A stretch of DNA of 64,000 nucleotides from an uncultured Odoribacter sp. (GCA_900544025.1 UQTM01000002.1:14723-78722), one strand, 5' to 3'. Shown: positions 50,029-60,256, counted from the first letter of the stretch. Numbers and translations: made by a program. The notes: generated from the letters alone by a model not told the origin.

Positions 50029-51844
50029 CATCGGTATGAATAGATTGCAACCAGGCTTTTAAAAATTCATCGTTCCGGTTTAAAGAATCGGTCTGAATAT
50101 ATTGGCGGCTTTGTAAATTATAAATAGAAGTTCCATATTCGGACACCACCCCGGCAGCCCCGGAATAAGAATAAAAAGCAAAAGGTTTTACATCCTCTGC
50201 CAGCAAATTCTTACTGTATTTATACCGGGAATGATCCAAGTCCAACTGAGCCAGTAAAGTGGCTACCATATCGGTCTGCGAGCCGATTACAGGAATAACC
50301 GTATCCCTCACCTGTAAAGCTCCCCCGGAAAGGATCAGGGGAATACGGTACATGGCCGGATCGGTGGGACTCAAATTCCCCACATAACGGGTTCCATGGT
50401 CTGCCATCAGAATGAACAAAGTATTCTCCCAAAGTCCGGATGCCTTACATTCTTCCACAAGCTTCCCGATACAGCTATCCGAATACCACACGGCATTCAA
50501 AAACTTATGTTCCGTATCGTCCCCCTGGATATGGGTGGGGATGGGCACTTCGAAAGGCTCGTGGCTATCCAGGTTGAACGCCATATATAAAAAAGGCTGG
50601 GGAGCTTTTTTCAGGTCTTCCGCTAAACGGGCATACATATATTGATCGTGTACACCCCATTTAAAACGGGTCTTTATTGCCTCTCCTGAAAAATCGTCTT
50701 CAGTTACCATATCCTGAAAACTCATCGTGACATAAGAACGAAATCCTCCGAAATTAATATCTCCGGCATAATAATAACGGGTAGCGTATCCTTCTTGCTC
50801 CAAATCCTTCGGAAAACGCGGATAAGCAACCGTTTTATTGGGATAGCGGATCATGGCTATATCCGGGTGAGCGGGGAAAGCGCTGATCGCCGCCAGCATA
50901 CCCCGGTCGGAACGTCCGGCAGTAGCGTAAATATTAGAAAATAACACCCCCTCTTTTGCCAGCGCATCCAGATTGGGAGTAACTCCCGGAACCCCGCCTA
51001 AAGCTCCGACGGCATTCGCCGTAAAGCTTTCCAATAAAAGAAAAACAATATTCGGACGGGATGTTTTCAGTAAACGGGGATACACCGTATCGGTTTTCAC
51101 CAACCCGGCAACGATGGCATCTGCCCGTTCAGCCGCCATAAAATCATAATTCCCCTCGAATTTATGAATATGCAATAGCTCATAGATAAAGTTCCAAACC
51201 GGATTCACCGCAGCCTGATTGGCAAACATACTTTTGGGATGAAAATACACGAAACTGCTGTTCATAGGAGCCACGTTGAACCCTCCCCTTACCGGAATGA
51301 GCATTGCCCCTCCGATAATCAGAAACACAGGAATTTGCCACCACGGACGTCCCCGGTAATGAAACGAACGGAGTACGAAACGACGGTACAAGAACCATCC
51401 GCCCACAACAAAAACAATCATCAGAACAATCAACCCGATCATCAGCCCCACAGGCGTGGAAGCCATGGCTTGTTTCGGATTTTTTAAATATACCAAAGGA
51501 GTAACGTCTAAATGATATCCCCAATTTTTAAACAGTTCCAAATCGACTGTCATGATCACGGAAAACACAATCAGCAGTACAAGCGTAGCCACAGAAAATA
51601 ATTTGCGGACGATCTGTTCCCGTACGAAAGGAGTTATCGCCATGAACAGACAAGACAACATCATAATATATCCCCCCAGAGATAAGTCGAGTCTCAATCC
51701 CCGGAAAAATATCTGACCGTAATCTCCCCACGTCAAAGCGCCCGCTTCATTTCTCTGATATAGCAAGAAAAGCACTTTAGCGACTACGGAAAGGAATATC
51801 CAGAAAAGATAATATTTCAGCAGGAACAATAACTTATTTTTCAT
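50012..51844 (-). CDS. LTA-synthase/phosphoglycerol-transferase family membrane sulfatase-like enzyme (MdoB/LtaS-like)
   Basis: Five N-terminal TM helices and a C-terminal alkaline-phosphatase-superfamily domain (..LLLESFTA.., ..ILMADHG..); 610 aa. Its 3' end overlaps the convergent phosphatase gene by 17 bp. Confidence 0.75.
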   Translation of the reverse strand: MKNKLLFLLKYYLFWIFLSVVAKVLFLLYQRNEAGALTWGDYGQIFFRGLRLDLSLGGYIMMLSCLFMAITPFVREQIVRKLFSVATLVLLIVFSVIMTVDLELFKNWGYHLDVTPLVYLKNPKQAMASTPVGLMIGLIVLMIVFVVGGWFLYRRFVLRSFHYRGRPWWQIPVFLIIGGAMLIPVRGGFNVAPMNSSFVYFHPKSMFANQAAVNPVWNFIYELLHIHKFEGNYDFMAAERADAIVAGLVKTDTVYPRLLKTSRPNIVFLLLESFTANAVGALGGVPGVTPNLDALAKEGVLFSNIYATAGRSDRGMLAAISAFPAHPDIAMIRYPNKTVAYPRFPKDLEQEGYATRYYYAGDINFGGFRSYVTMSFQDMVTEDDFSGEAIKTRFKWGVHDQYMYARLAEDLKKAPQPFLYMAFNLDSHEPFEVPIPTHIQGDDTEHKFLNAVWYSDSCIGKLVEECKASGLWENTLFILMADHGTRYVGNLSPTDPAMYRIPLILSGGALQVRDTVIPVIGSQTDMVATLLAQLDLDHSRYKYSKNLLAEDVKPFAFYSYSGAAGVVSEYGTSIYNLQSRQYIQTDSLNRNDEFLKAWLQSIHTDVIRQQ

Positions 51845-51852
51845 CGTCGTGA

Positions 51853-53118
51853 TCAGGTCTTATGTTGTTTCTTCTTAGCTGCCGGAAAAAGCACATTATT
51901 CAAAATCAGCCTATATCCGGGAGATTGCTTATGCAAATCGAGTTCCGTCACCGGATCGCCTACCAAATGCTGATAATCCGCCGGATCGTGCCCCCCATAA
52001 AACGTCCATGTTCCCTTCCCGTACTCTCCGTGTATATACCGGGCTTCTCCGGCCGCTTTATTCTCCCCCATAATCAATACATCCGATTTGATCAGGCTTT
52101 TCCTAAAAGCCGTCGTCTGCCCCATAAACCCTTTGATCATATTCTCGTGATTCTGGCACAACATCGTAGGTACGGGGTCCCATTTCGCCGAAAATTCAAA
52201 CAGCAGGAAATAATCCTCCTTTTCACTGATTTTGCGGGTATCGGTCACATCGATGTCGGAATATTCATATACATTGGGATTCAGTTCCAGCTTAAAATCC
52301 TTGAAGGCAAAAGTCTTTGAAAAATCGAGTTTTTCCTGCGCCTGCGGATCGATGGGATCACCGTCGAACACAGAAGCGCATATATCGACATTCATAGCCG
52401 CTAAAGCTATATCATACGTATCGGTAGCCGAACACATAGCAAACATAAAACCTCCGGCAAACACATAATCGCGAATCGTCCTTACAACCGCTTTCTTTAA
52501 TTCGGAAATTTTAGTATAACCGTATTTTTTAGCTGTTTGTAAATTAGCGGCTTCTTCTGCTTTATACCAGGGCATGTGGCGGTAACTCCGGTAAAATTTA
52601 CCCATCTGCCCGGTAAAATCTTCATGATGTAAATGCAGCCAGTCGTAATCATTCAATTTTCCATCCAAAATTTCAGAATCGTACACCACGTCATAGGGAA
52701 TCTCGGCATAGGTCAAAGCCAAAGTAACTGCATCGTCCCAAGGCTTTTTCTCTTTCGGGGAATAAACGGCGATCCGGGGAGCCTTCTCCAATTTCACCGC
52801 ATCCGTATTCATTTCCGGTTGTGCTATTTCAGACAAGATACTATTCAAACGGGCAGGCGGGACCACTTCGAAGCTAACTCCTTTCAATAAACATTCCGTA
52901 CGTCCTTCCGTGTCGAAAGGCACGGCAAAACTCCCTCCCCTGTAATTTAGCAACCATTGTACCTCATATCCCTTTTTCAAAGCGTGGTAAGCAACCCCGT
53001 AAGCTTTGAGGTGGTTCGTCTGAGTATTATCCATAGGGATAAGGATGTGGTTTGCTCGCAACGTCAGCCCGGCAAACAACAAAACAAGCAATACCGCAAA
53101 CTTTCTCATAGCACTCAC
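51853..53118 (-). CDS. Secreted hypothetical protein (possible class-I glutamine-amidotransferase-like/ThuA-like fold)
   Basis: Signal peptide MRKFAVLLVLLFAGLTLRA. The segment PRIAVYSP...WDDAVTLALTYAEIPYDVVYDSEILDGKLNDYDWLHLHHEDF resembles a flavodoxin-like amidotransferase fold. There is no confident family match from memory. Confidence 0.4.
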   Translation of the reverse strand: MSAMRKFAVLLVLLFAGLTLRANHILIPMDNTQTNHLKAYGVAYHALKKGYEVQWLLNYRGGSFAVPFDTEGRTECLLKGVSFEVVPPARLNSILSEIAQPEMNTDAVKLEKAPRIAVYSPKEKKPWDDAVTLALTYAEIPYDVVYDSEILDGKLNDYDWLHLHHEDFTGQMGKFYRSYRHMPWYKAEEAANLQTAKKYGYTKISELKKAVVRTIRDYVFAGGFMFAMCSATDTYDIALAAMNVDICASVFDGDPIDPQAQEKLDFSKTFAFKDFKLELNPNVYEYSDIDVTDTRKISEKEDYFLLFEFSAKWDPVPTMLCQNHENMIKGFMGQTTAFRKSLIKSDVLIMGENKAAGEARYIHGEYGKGTWTFYGGHDPADYQHLVGDPVTELDLHKQSPGYRLILNNVLFPAAKKKQHKT

Positions 53119-53151
53119 TGATTGATCTGTAAAATAAACTGTCTTATCTTT

Positions 53152-54684
53152 TTAAAAAGGCGCACCTCCGGATTCGAAATTATCGCGCACCGATTCAAAA
53201 TCCTGTTGTTGTAAAGGAGGGACATCATCGTTCATCTTCGACCCGAAAATCTGTGTCACGACCTCACCTGTCGAAGCATTGGAAGCAAACGGAGAAGTTG
53301 TATCCAGATCACAGAATTGTGTCAATTCCGAACGGAAACGCAAGCTCACCTCTCCCACAGCACCGTTACGGTGTTTTGCGATAATAATATTGGCGATCCC
53401 CAACAAGGAATTCCCTTCGTTATCCGTGGTAATGCCATATTTTTCAGGCCGGTGAATGAACAATACCATATCGGCATCCTGCTCGATCGATCCGGACTCA
53501 CGCAAATCCGACAGCATCGGTTTTTTATCCGGTCGCGATTCCACACCACGGTTCAACTGCGACAATGCCAATACGGGAATACTCAGTTCTTTGGCAATGA
53601 TCTTCAACTGCCGCGAGATCATACTCACCTCCTGTTCCCGATTCCCTCTCATATCCGCTCCGGCAGTCATCAACTGCAAATAGTCGATAATCAGCACCTT
53701 AATATCATATTTCTGTTTTAAACGACGACATTTTGCACGCAATTCAAAAATAGAAAGTGCCGGAGTATCGTCCACCAAAATAGGAGCTTCGACCAAAGCC
53801 TTGATACGGCTGTGTAATTGCTGCCACTCATCGTCGGTCAGTCGTCCCGTCTTCAATTTTTCGGAACTGAGTTCCGTTTCGCTGGCAATCAAACGATTCA
53901 CCAACTGAACGCCCGACATTTCCAATGAAAAGATGGCTACCGGCTGATGATGAGTCACGGCCATATTACGTGCCATAGAAAGCACGAACGCGGTTTTTCC
54001 CATAGCCGGACGTGCCGCAATAACCACCAAATCGGAAGGCTGCCAGCCGGAAGTAACGGCATCTAAAGCGTTAAATCCGGAAGGGACGCCGCTAATCCCG
54101 TCCGGTTTCTTGGCTGCATCCTGAATGCCTTTAATGGCCGCTTCGATAATCGGAGCGATTTCAGCCGTATCTTTCTTGATATTACCGTCAGCGAGATCGA
54201 AAATCGATTTCTGGGCTTTATCCATCAAATCGGAAACATCGGTACTTTCGTCGTAAGCCAGCGTCTGCAAATCGGTACAAATCCCGATCAACTTACGCTG
54301 CAAATATTTTTGCACGATGATCTTGGCATGAAACTCGATATGAGCGGCGGAAGCTACTCTCGAAGTCAGTTGCGACAGATAATAATATCCACCCACCTGT
54401 TCCAGTTCCCCGCTTTGTTTCAAGGCCTCGCTCACGGTAAGTAAATCCACCGGATCATCGTTCAGGAACAATTTATGGATTGCCCGGAAAATCCGCTGAT
54501 GGGCATCCTTGTAAAAGGCATCCGGTTCCAGCAAATCACCGACAGCCGAAAAGGCATCCCGCTCCAGCATCAAAGCTCCCAGCAAAGCCTCTTCCAGATC
54601 TACAGCCTGTGGCGGCACTTTTCCATATTCCACCTGTAAATCCTTTAAACTATTTTTAGTATTATATTCCGGTTTTTTAGCCAT
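53152..54684 (-). CDS. dnaB: Replicative DNA helicase DnaB
   Basis: N-terminal DnaB domain (PPQAVDLEEALLGALMLE), Walker A AARPAMGKT and the RecA-like C-domain; 510 aa. Confidence 0.95.
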   Translation of the reverse strand: MAKKPEYNTKNSLKDLQVEYGKVPPQAVDLEEALLGALMLERDAFSAVGDLLEPDAFYKDAHQRIFRAIHKLFLNDDPVDLLTVSEALKQSGELEQVGGYYYLSQLTSRVASAAHIEFHAKIIVQKYLQRKLIGICTDLQTLAYDESTDVSDLMDKAQKSIFDLADGNIKKDTAEIAPIIEAAIKGIQDAAKKPDGISGVPSGFNALDAVTSGWQPSDLVVIAARPAMGKTAFVLSMARNMAVTHHQPVAIFSLEMSGVQLVNRLIASETELSSEKLKTGRLTDDEWQQLHSRIKALVEAPILVDDTPALSIFELRAKCRRLKQKYDIKVLIIDYLQLMTAGADMRGNREQEVSMISRQLKIIAKELSIPVLALSQLNRGVESRPDKKPMLSDLRESGSIEQDADMVLFIHRPEKYGITTDNEGNSLLGIANIIIAKHRNGAVGEVSLRFRSELTQFCDLDTTSPFASNASTGEVVTQIFGSKMNDDVPPLQQQDFESVRDNFESGGAPF

Positions 54685-54706
54685 ACAACAGCATTATAAT
54701 ATTTCC

Positions 54707-55279
54707 TTAACCGACCAGATTCTTTTCTTTCAACTTCCAGAAACACCGGGCTGTAGCTTCTACGTCCGCCATAGCATTATGGGCATTGTCGAAACCCGTC
54801 CCGAATAACACCTGGTGCAATTCCGACAACCGGGGCGATTTAAAACCTTTCTTACCTGGCAATTTGCAAAAGTCGGTGGAACATTTCATCGTACAGATTT
54901 TCGGCTTCAAGAACAAAGTCGTCATCATCCGCAACCGTTCAAATTCCGCACCGACGATACATTCGTCAAAACTGATATTATGCCCCACTAACGCATAAGC
55001 TTCGTCTATCTTTTCAGAAAATTGCTCCAACACGTCACGAATCGGCTCCCCTTTTTCCAAAGCGATCTGGGTTGTGATACCGTGAACCCTCGCCGCTTCG
55101 GCCGGAATTGCAAATCCTTCCGGCTTAACGATTGCGTTCCGGCTTTCTATCGTATTTCCCCCGGCATCACACATCATCCATGCCAATTGAACCAGTCGCG
55201 GCCAATTCTCAACATCGGTCACCGGCGCATTCCAGCGCATCGGCAACCCTGTTGTTTCCGTATCGAAAAATAGATACAT
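54707..55279 (-). CDS. 3'-5' exonuclease, DnaQ/DEDDh family (DNA polymerase III epsilon-like)
   Basis: Exo I motif MYLFFDTETTGLP, an Exo II-like VGHNISFD and Exo III HNAMADVEA. Confidence 0.8.
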   Translation of the reverse strand: MYLFFDTETTGLPMRWNAPVTDVENWPRLVQLAWMMCDAGGNTIESRNAIVKPEGFAIPAEAARVHGITTQIALEKGEPIRDVLEQFSEKIDEAYALVGHNISFDECIVGAEFERLRMMTTLFLKPKICTMKCSTDFCKLPGKKGFKSPRLSELHQVLFGTGFDNAHNAMADVEATARCFWKLKEKNLVG

Positions 55280-55287
55280 GTCGGAAT

Positions 55288-56124
55288 TTATTTTTTATCT
55301 TCGTTATCGAAACTCTTATTGTACTGGTGCATCGCCCGGTAGCTCATACCCATACTCGAAAATCCTCCGTCGTGATAAAGATTCTGCATGGTAATCTTTT
55401 TCGTCAGGTCCGAGAATAAACAAACACAGTAGTTTGCACATTCATCTGCCGTAGCATTTCCCAATGGCGACATACGGTCGGCAAAATCCACCAAAGAGTC
55501 GAACCCTTTAATACCGCTTCCTGCTGTCGTCAATGTCGGAGATTGAGAAATCGTATTTACACGAATTCTTTTTTCCCGTCCGTAAATATACCCGAAGCTA
55601 CGGGCGATCGACTCCAGCATCGCTTTCGCATCGGCCATATCGTTATATTCGAACATCGTACGCTGAGCCGCAACATACGACAATGCCACGACCGATCCCC
55701 ATTCATTGATTGCATCTAACTTTTTAGCCGTCTGCAATACCTTATGAAACGAGATAGCCGAAATATCCAATGTTTTCTGTAAAAAATCGTAATCCAGATC
55801 GTCATAAGGACGCTTTTTTCTTACATTGAGCGACATGCCGATCGAATGTAAAACAAAATCCACTTTTCCTCCGAAGTGGTTCATGGCCTCTTTAAACAGA
55901 TTTTCAAGATCGTCTAAGTTAGTGGCATCGGCCGGAATCAAGGGTATATTATTTTTATCGGCAAATTCCTGAATCCCTCCCATACGAATGGATAAAGGAG
56001 TATTGGTCAATACGATTTCAGCACCTTCTTCCAGGCAATGTTCTGCCACCTTCCACGCAATAGACATCTCGTTCAACGCTCCGAAAATAATCCCTCTTTT
56101 TCCTTTCAACAAATTATAAGCCAT
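55288..56124 (-). CDS. fabI: Enoyl-[acyl-carrier-protein] reductase (NADH), FabI
   Basis: LKGKRGIIFGALNEMSIAW, the classic FabI N-terminus; SDR-type, 278 aa. Confidence 0.9.
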   Translation of the reverse strand: MAYNLLKGKRGIIFGALNEMSIAWKVAEHCLEEGAEIVLTNTPLSIRMGGIQEFADKNNIPLIPADATNLDDLENLFKEAMNHFGGKVDFVLHSIGMSLNVRKKRPYDDLDYDFLQKTLDISAISFHKVLQTAKKLDAINEWGSVVALSYVAAQRTMFEYNDMADAKAMLESIARSFGYIYGREKRIRVNTISQSPTLTTAGSGIKGFDSLVDFADRMSPLGNATADECANYCVCLFSDLTKKITMQNLYHDGGFSSMGMSYRAMHQYNKSFDNEDKK

Positions 56125-56166
56125 ACTTCTTTTTTTAGTGATAAATAGAATTTATTGTTATATGAT

Positions 56167-57822
56167 TTAAATTTTCAATAGATTTTTTGCCGTTTCCAGC
56201 GCTGCGGAAGTAATCTCGCTACCGCTGATCATCCCGGCGATCTCCCGGACCCGTTCTTCCGGACATAATTTTTTTATACGCGAAATCGTAGTATGCGGAT
56301 TGTCTTCTTTATATACTTTGAAATGACAATTTCCCGCCGCAGCGATTTGAGGCAAATGCGAAATACTGATCACCTGCATCCGGGAGGCCATTTCTTTCAT
56401 CATTTGTGCCATTTTATGGGCGACTTCCCCCGATAATCCCGTATCGATCTCGTCGAATACGATCACAGGTAACAAGCGGGTTTTAGAAAGCACATACTTC
56501 AGGGACAGCATCACTCTGGAAATCTCTCCCCCGGAAGCCACTTTGGCAATCTCCCCCGGTTGCTGGTTTTTATTGGCAGAAAATAAAAATTTCACTTCAT
56601 CGGTCCCTGTCGGGGTGTATTCTGCCAGCGGGGTTACTTTCACCACAAATTCGGCATGCCTGATCCCCAATCCGGTAAGCAGGGATTTCATTTCTTCACA
56701 CAATCTCCCCTCTGCCTCTACCCGCACCCGGTGGATCCGTTCCGCCAGCACTTTCAACTGCCGTTCGGTTTCCTGTAAGCGTCTTTCCAATTCTTCGATC
56801 TCTTCCGAGCCATGCTGTATCCCCTTCAACTTCCCGCCGATCTCTTCCCGCACGGCAATCAGCTCCGCCACCGATTCTACCTTATATTTATACATCAGAT
56901 CGTAAATCACATTGAGGCGGGCATCGATCTGCCCGATCCGTGCAGGATCATATTCCAGGCTTTCTGCCTTTCTTCCGGCTTCATCGGCCAAGTCGTTCAA
57001 CTCTATGATAACGGAATTTAAACGCCCGCAAAATTCTCCGGCTTCCTTTACCACTTCACTCATTCCGGCAATTGCGTTTTTCGAAGACTTGAGCACCTGA
57101 ATCACGGCATTATCCGCATCCTGTAAATGAAAAGCCAGCCCGGCAAACGCCGCCTTGACAGCCTCGGCATTCGACAGCAATGCCAATTCCTCTTCCAGCT
57201 CTTCTTTCTCCCCCTCCTGCAAACGGGCACCATCCAGCTGGTTAAACTGAAAGTTCAGATAATCGCTTTCTTTCTCAGCATCCGCCGCACCACTTTTCAA
57301 TGCTTTTAATTCGCTGCCCAGGCTGCGGTAAGCCTGATACAAACTTTTATATTCATTCACCAACCCGGCATTCCCGCAAAAAGCATCCAAAATATCGGTC
57401 TGGTATTCCGGCTGTCCTAATAATAAAGATTGATGCTGGGAATGTATATCGATCAAAAAACTGCCGAATTCTTTCAGCAACTTGTTATTGACCGGAGTGT
57501 CGTTAATAAAACTACGGGATTTCCCGTCGGCAAAAACTTCCCGGCGTATCACCGTACTGTCCGAATAATCGAGTTCGTTTCTTTCGAACCATTCATTCAG
57601 GTGGTAGTCTGCAATCCGGTAAACAATCTCGACCACACATTTCTTTCCCTTATCCATAATGGCCGCCGATTCGGCCCGCTGTCCCAAGGTCAGCCCGATC
57701 GCTCCCAGCAAAATGGATTTTCCGGCTCCGGTTTCCCCGGTGATAATCGACAATCCCTTCTCGAGTTCGATTTCGGTTTTATCGATCAATGCATAATTAT
57801 TTATGGCGATACTTTCAATCAT
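56167..57822 (-). CDS. recN: DNA repair protein RecN
   Basis: SMC-like fold: N-terminal Walker A ITGETGAGKS, a long coiled coil and a C-terminal signature/Walker B (..VIVFDEIDTG..); 551 aa. Confidence 0.92.
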   Translation of the reverse strand: MIESIAINNYALIDKTEIELEKGLSIITGETGAGKSILLGAIGLTLGQRAESAAIMDKGKKCVVEIVYRIADYHLNEWFERNELDYSDSTVIRREVFADGKSRSFINDTPVNNKLLKEFGSFLIDIHSQHQSLLLGQPEYQTDILDAFCGNAGLVNEYKSLYQAYRSLGSELKALKSGAADAEKESDYLNFQFNQLDGARLQEGEKEELEEELALLSNAEAVKAAFAGLAFHLQDADNAVIQVLKSSKNAIAGMSEVVKEAGEFCGRLNSVIIELNDLADEAGRKAESLEYDPARIGQIDARLNVIYDLMYKYKVESVAELIAVREEIGGKLKGIQHGSEEIEELERRLQETERQLKVLAERIHRVRVEAEGRLCEEMKSLLTGLGIRHAEFVVKVTPLAEYTPTGTDEVKFLFSANKNQQPGEIAKVASGGEISRVMLSLKYVLSKTRLLPVIVFDEIDTGLSGEVAHKMAQMMKEMASRMQVISISHLPQIAAAGNCHFKVYKEDNPHTTISRIKKLCPEERVREIAGMISGSEITSAALETAKNLLKI

Positions 57823-57826
57823 AATA

Positions 57827-58732
57827 TCAATTCGTTTTCTCCTGTATCAAAGCCGAATATTTCGAACTATTAGACGGATTCGCCTCCGTCACAATATTAT
57901 ATACCCGTTTTCGTTCATCGGTAAAAGCAGGTTTGAATATATTGACAATTTCGTCCGATTTTGCGTCAAAGAACACTTGCAAAATATATGAGTTCGGCTT
58001 TGTACGATGGGCTCTTTGCAATAATTCCAATGCCGACATCACTTCCAGCCTGCCGTCGTTTACATTATCGCTCATCGCATCCAGCCCCAACCGGTGATAA
58101 CGGTATATACATTCCCTCACAGGCGAATAACTTCTGTCCTGTAAATTATTGATGAGCCAATAGCGGTTCCGGCGGCTTTCGAACGATTTCCAACCTGCTT
58201 CTCTCGTATTCTGGCATTGAGCCACGACATTTTCCGCCCGGCTATAAAAATCGCTTCCCCCCATCAGGGAAAAACTGTCGTAATCGACCCCCAAAATCAC
58301 ATTTGCATAGAAGACGAGCAAATTAACCAAATTCCCGTTCTGCCCTGCTTCATTATAGGTTAAAGGCTCGTATTCCCGATAAGAAAATTCGATATCGTCG
58401 TCTTTCAGATTCAATAAAGCCGCATTATAAGAAGAATTGTAAACCGGGCGGCTTACCCGCACCTGCATAGAGCCTTTAAAAATATCTCCTCCGGTTTGTT
58501 CGTCCAGCACGATCTGCAAATTACATTCGATCCGTTCATCATAAGTAAATACATTACCGGACCAACGGGTATTATTCATAAATTCGCTAATATCCCGCTG
58601 CATATTTGTAAAAAGATCCCGGTTTGTTCCCTGGATTCTTTGAGAAGAGACCGAAACATTACACCTCAACTCCTGCCCCCAAGAACAGAAGGTAACCCCG
58701 ATTATTATATATAATGTAAGTAATATTTTCAT
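57827..58732 (-). CDS. DUF4835-like secreted protein that follows recN
   Basis: Signal peptide MKILLTLYIIIGVTFCSWGQ. It sits directly downstream of recN with a 4 nt gap. The DUF4835 assignment rests on recalling that DUF4835 genes follow recN in Bacteroidetes. Start moved to the internal ATG. Confidence 0.5.
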   Translation of the reverse strand: MKILLTLYIIIGVTFCSWGQELRCNVSVSSQRIQGTNRDLFTNMQRDISEFMNNTRWSGNVFTYDERIECNLQIVLDEQTGGDIFKGSMQVRVSRPVYNSSYNAALLNLKDDDIEFSYREYEPLTYNEAGQNGNLVNLLVFYANVILGVDYDSFSLMGGSDFYSRAENVVAQCQNTREAGWKSFESRRNRYWLINNLQDRSYSPVRECIYRYHRLGLDAMSDNVNDGRLEVMSALELLQRAHRTKPNSYILQVFFDAKSDEIVNIFKPAFTDERKRVYNIVTEANPSNSSKYSALIQEKTN

Positions 58733-59034
58733 ATACAGCCCCTTACCTATTATGTATTGTTCACAGGTATGGAATGACAAATATACAATTTTAATTGACT
58801 ACTAAATTAATCGTAAATCATAAAACAAATTATTCCTTCCCTTTTGAAAGAATCACTCTGATTTTATCCGCCTTTTCTCCTATCCCGGCATACACTCGAC
58901 TATGGCCGAAAAGCATTTCATAAAAGCAGTAAGTATAACAAACAACTTTCTATGTTGTTTTACAGTTCGGGGCGGATTGTTAAAACTATCGGCAGAAAAA
59001 TAATCCTTCCGTTTCATAATTCATACTATTTCTC

Positions 59035-59042
59035 TATCTTTG
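59035..59042 (+). promoter_or_regulatory. Bacteroidetes -7 box TATCTTTG upstream of nusB
   Basis: TAnnTTTG about 40 nt before the ATG at 59083. Confidence 0.4.
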
Positions 59043-59082
59043 CCACCTCAAAAATGAACCATTATTTTAGTTCTTCATAAAA

Positions 59083-60039
59083 ATGACAAGCAGAAGATTA
59101 ATCCGTATTAAAGTATTACAGCTTCTATATGCATACGGGAAACGAGAAGGCGTGACGATCGCAGAAGTTGAGCGCGAACTCATGAAAAGTATTTCTAAAA
59201 GTACAGATTTGTACTATGAAACCTTACTCCTTCTAACGGAAATACAGCGCCGGGCATTTCTAAAAATCGATGCGGCACGCAATAAACGCCTCGCTTCCAA
59301 TATCGACTTAAATCCCAACACAAGGTTCATCGATAATCCGGTTCTCAAAACAATTTGGAACAACCATAAATTCCAAAGCTATATCAATAACAACACCGTC
59401 AGCTGGAACGATTCACAGGAAACGGTATTATATTTCTATAACAAGCTGATCGAAACAAAAGCTTATCAGAAATATATGCATCAAAAAGATGTCGGTTTCG
59501 AAGACCATAAGCAAATGGTTATCAATCTATTTGCTGAAATTATTATTTCCGACGACATGTTTTATCAAACTCTGGAAGAGAAAAGCCTGTATTGGAACGA
59601 CGATTTCGAACTCGTTCTCAGCCTGGTGCATAAAACATTAAAAAACATTCAGGCCGAACAGACAGAAGAAGACATAATTCTGTATCCTGTATTTAAGCCG
59701 GAAGAAGACACAGAATATGCCCGTACGCTGATGCGCAAATCATTGCTCGAAAGCGAAGAAAACATCAAGCTGATCGATAAATTTACCTATAATTGGGAAA
59801 TCGAGCGTATTTCCGATATGGATAAGCTGATCATGTCGTGTGCCATTTCCGAATTAAGGAATTTCCCGTCGATCCCGATCAAGGTAACTCTCGACGAATA
59901 TATCGAAATATCTAAAACTTACAGCTCTCCTAAAAGTGGAGCCTTCATTAACGGTGTGCTCGACAAAGCGATCTCTTTACTCAAAGATTCCAATCAGATT
60001 GTAAAGACAGGCAGAGGGCTGATCGACGACAAAGAGTAA
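59083..60039 (+). CDS. nusB: Transcription antitermination factor NusB (long Bacteroidetes form)
   Basis: N-terminal RRLIRIKVLQLLYAY and a C-terminal NusB domain (..DKLIMSCAISELRNF..EYIEISKTYSSPKSGAFINGVLDKA); 318 aa. Confidence 0.8.
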   Translation: MTSRRLIRIKVLQLLYAYGKREGVTIAEVERELMKSISKSTDLYYETLLLLTEIQRRAFLKIDAARNKRLASNIDLNPNTRFIDNPVLKTIWNNHKFQSYINNNTVSWNDSQETVLYFYNKLIETKAYQKYMHQKDVGFEDHKQMVINLFAEIIISDDMFYQTLEEKSLYWNDDFELVLSLVHKTLKNIQAEQTEEDIILYPVFKPEEDTEYARTLMRKSLLESEENIKLIDKFTYNWEIERISDMDKLIMSCAISELRNFPSIPIKVTLDEYIEISKTYSSPKSGAFINGVLDKAISLLKDSNQIVKTGRGLIDDKE

Positions 60040-60056
60040 AAGAACATTTATGATAA

Positions 60057-60090
60057 AATAAAAAAAGGAGGTGAAATCACCTCCTTTTTT
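60057..60090. terminator. Bidirectional Rho-independent terminator between the convergent nusB and LOG-family genes
   Basis: GGAGGTG AAAT CACCTCC hairpin flanked by an A-tract upstream and a T-tract downstream. Confidence 0.75.
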
Positions 60091-60092
60091 AC

Positions 60093-60115
60093 AAACTAAA
60101 CTAAACTAAAACTAA
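60093..60115. repeat. Pentanucleotide microsatellite (AAACT)x4 with one extra A
   Basis: aaact aaact aaact aaaact read directly from the sequence. Confidence 0.8.
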
Positions 60116-60256
60116 TTTTAAAAATTCCAATGTAATCACTACAAGGGGTATTTTAAGATTGATGTTAAAAAACACCACACGACATATCTCGTATATGAAC
60201 TTTAACGCAAATATATGTAAATATATCTAATTCCAACAAGTAAATGTAGCTTAAAT

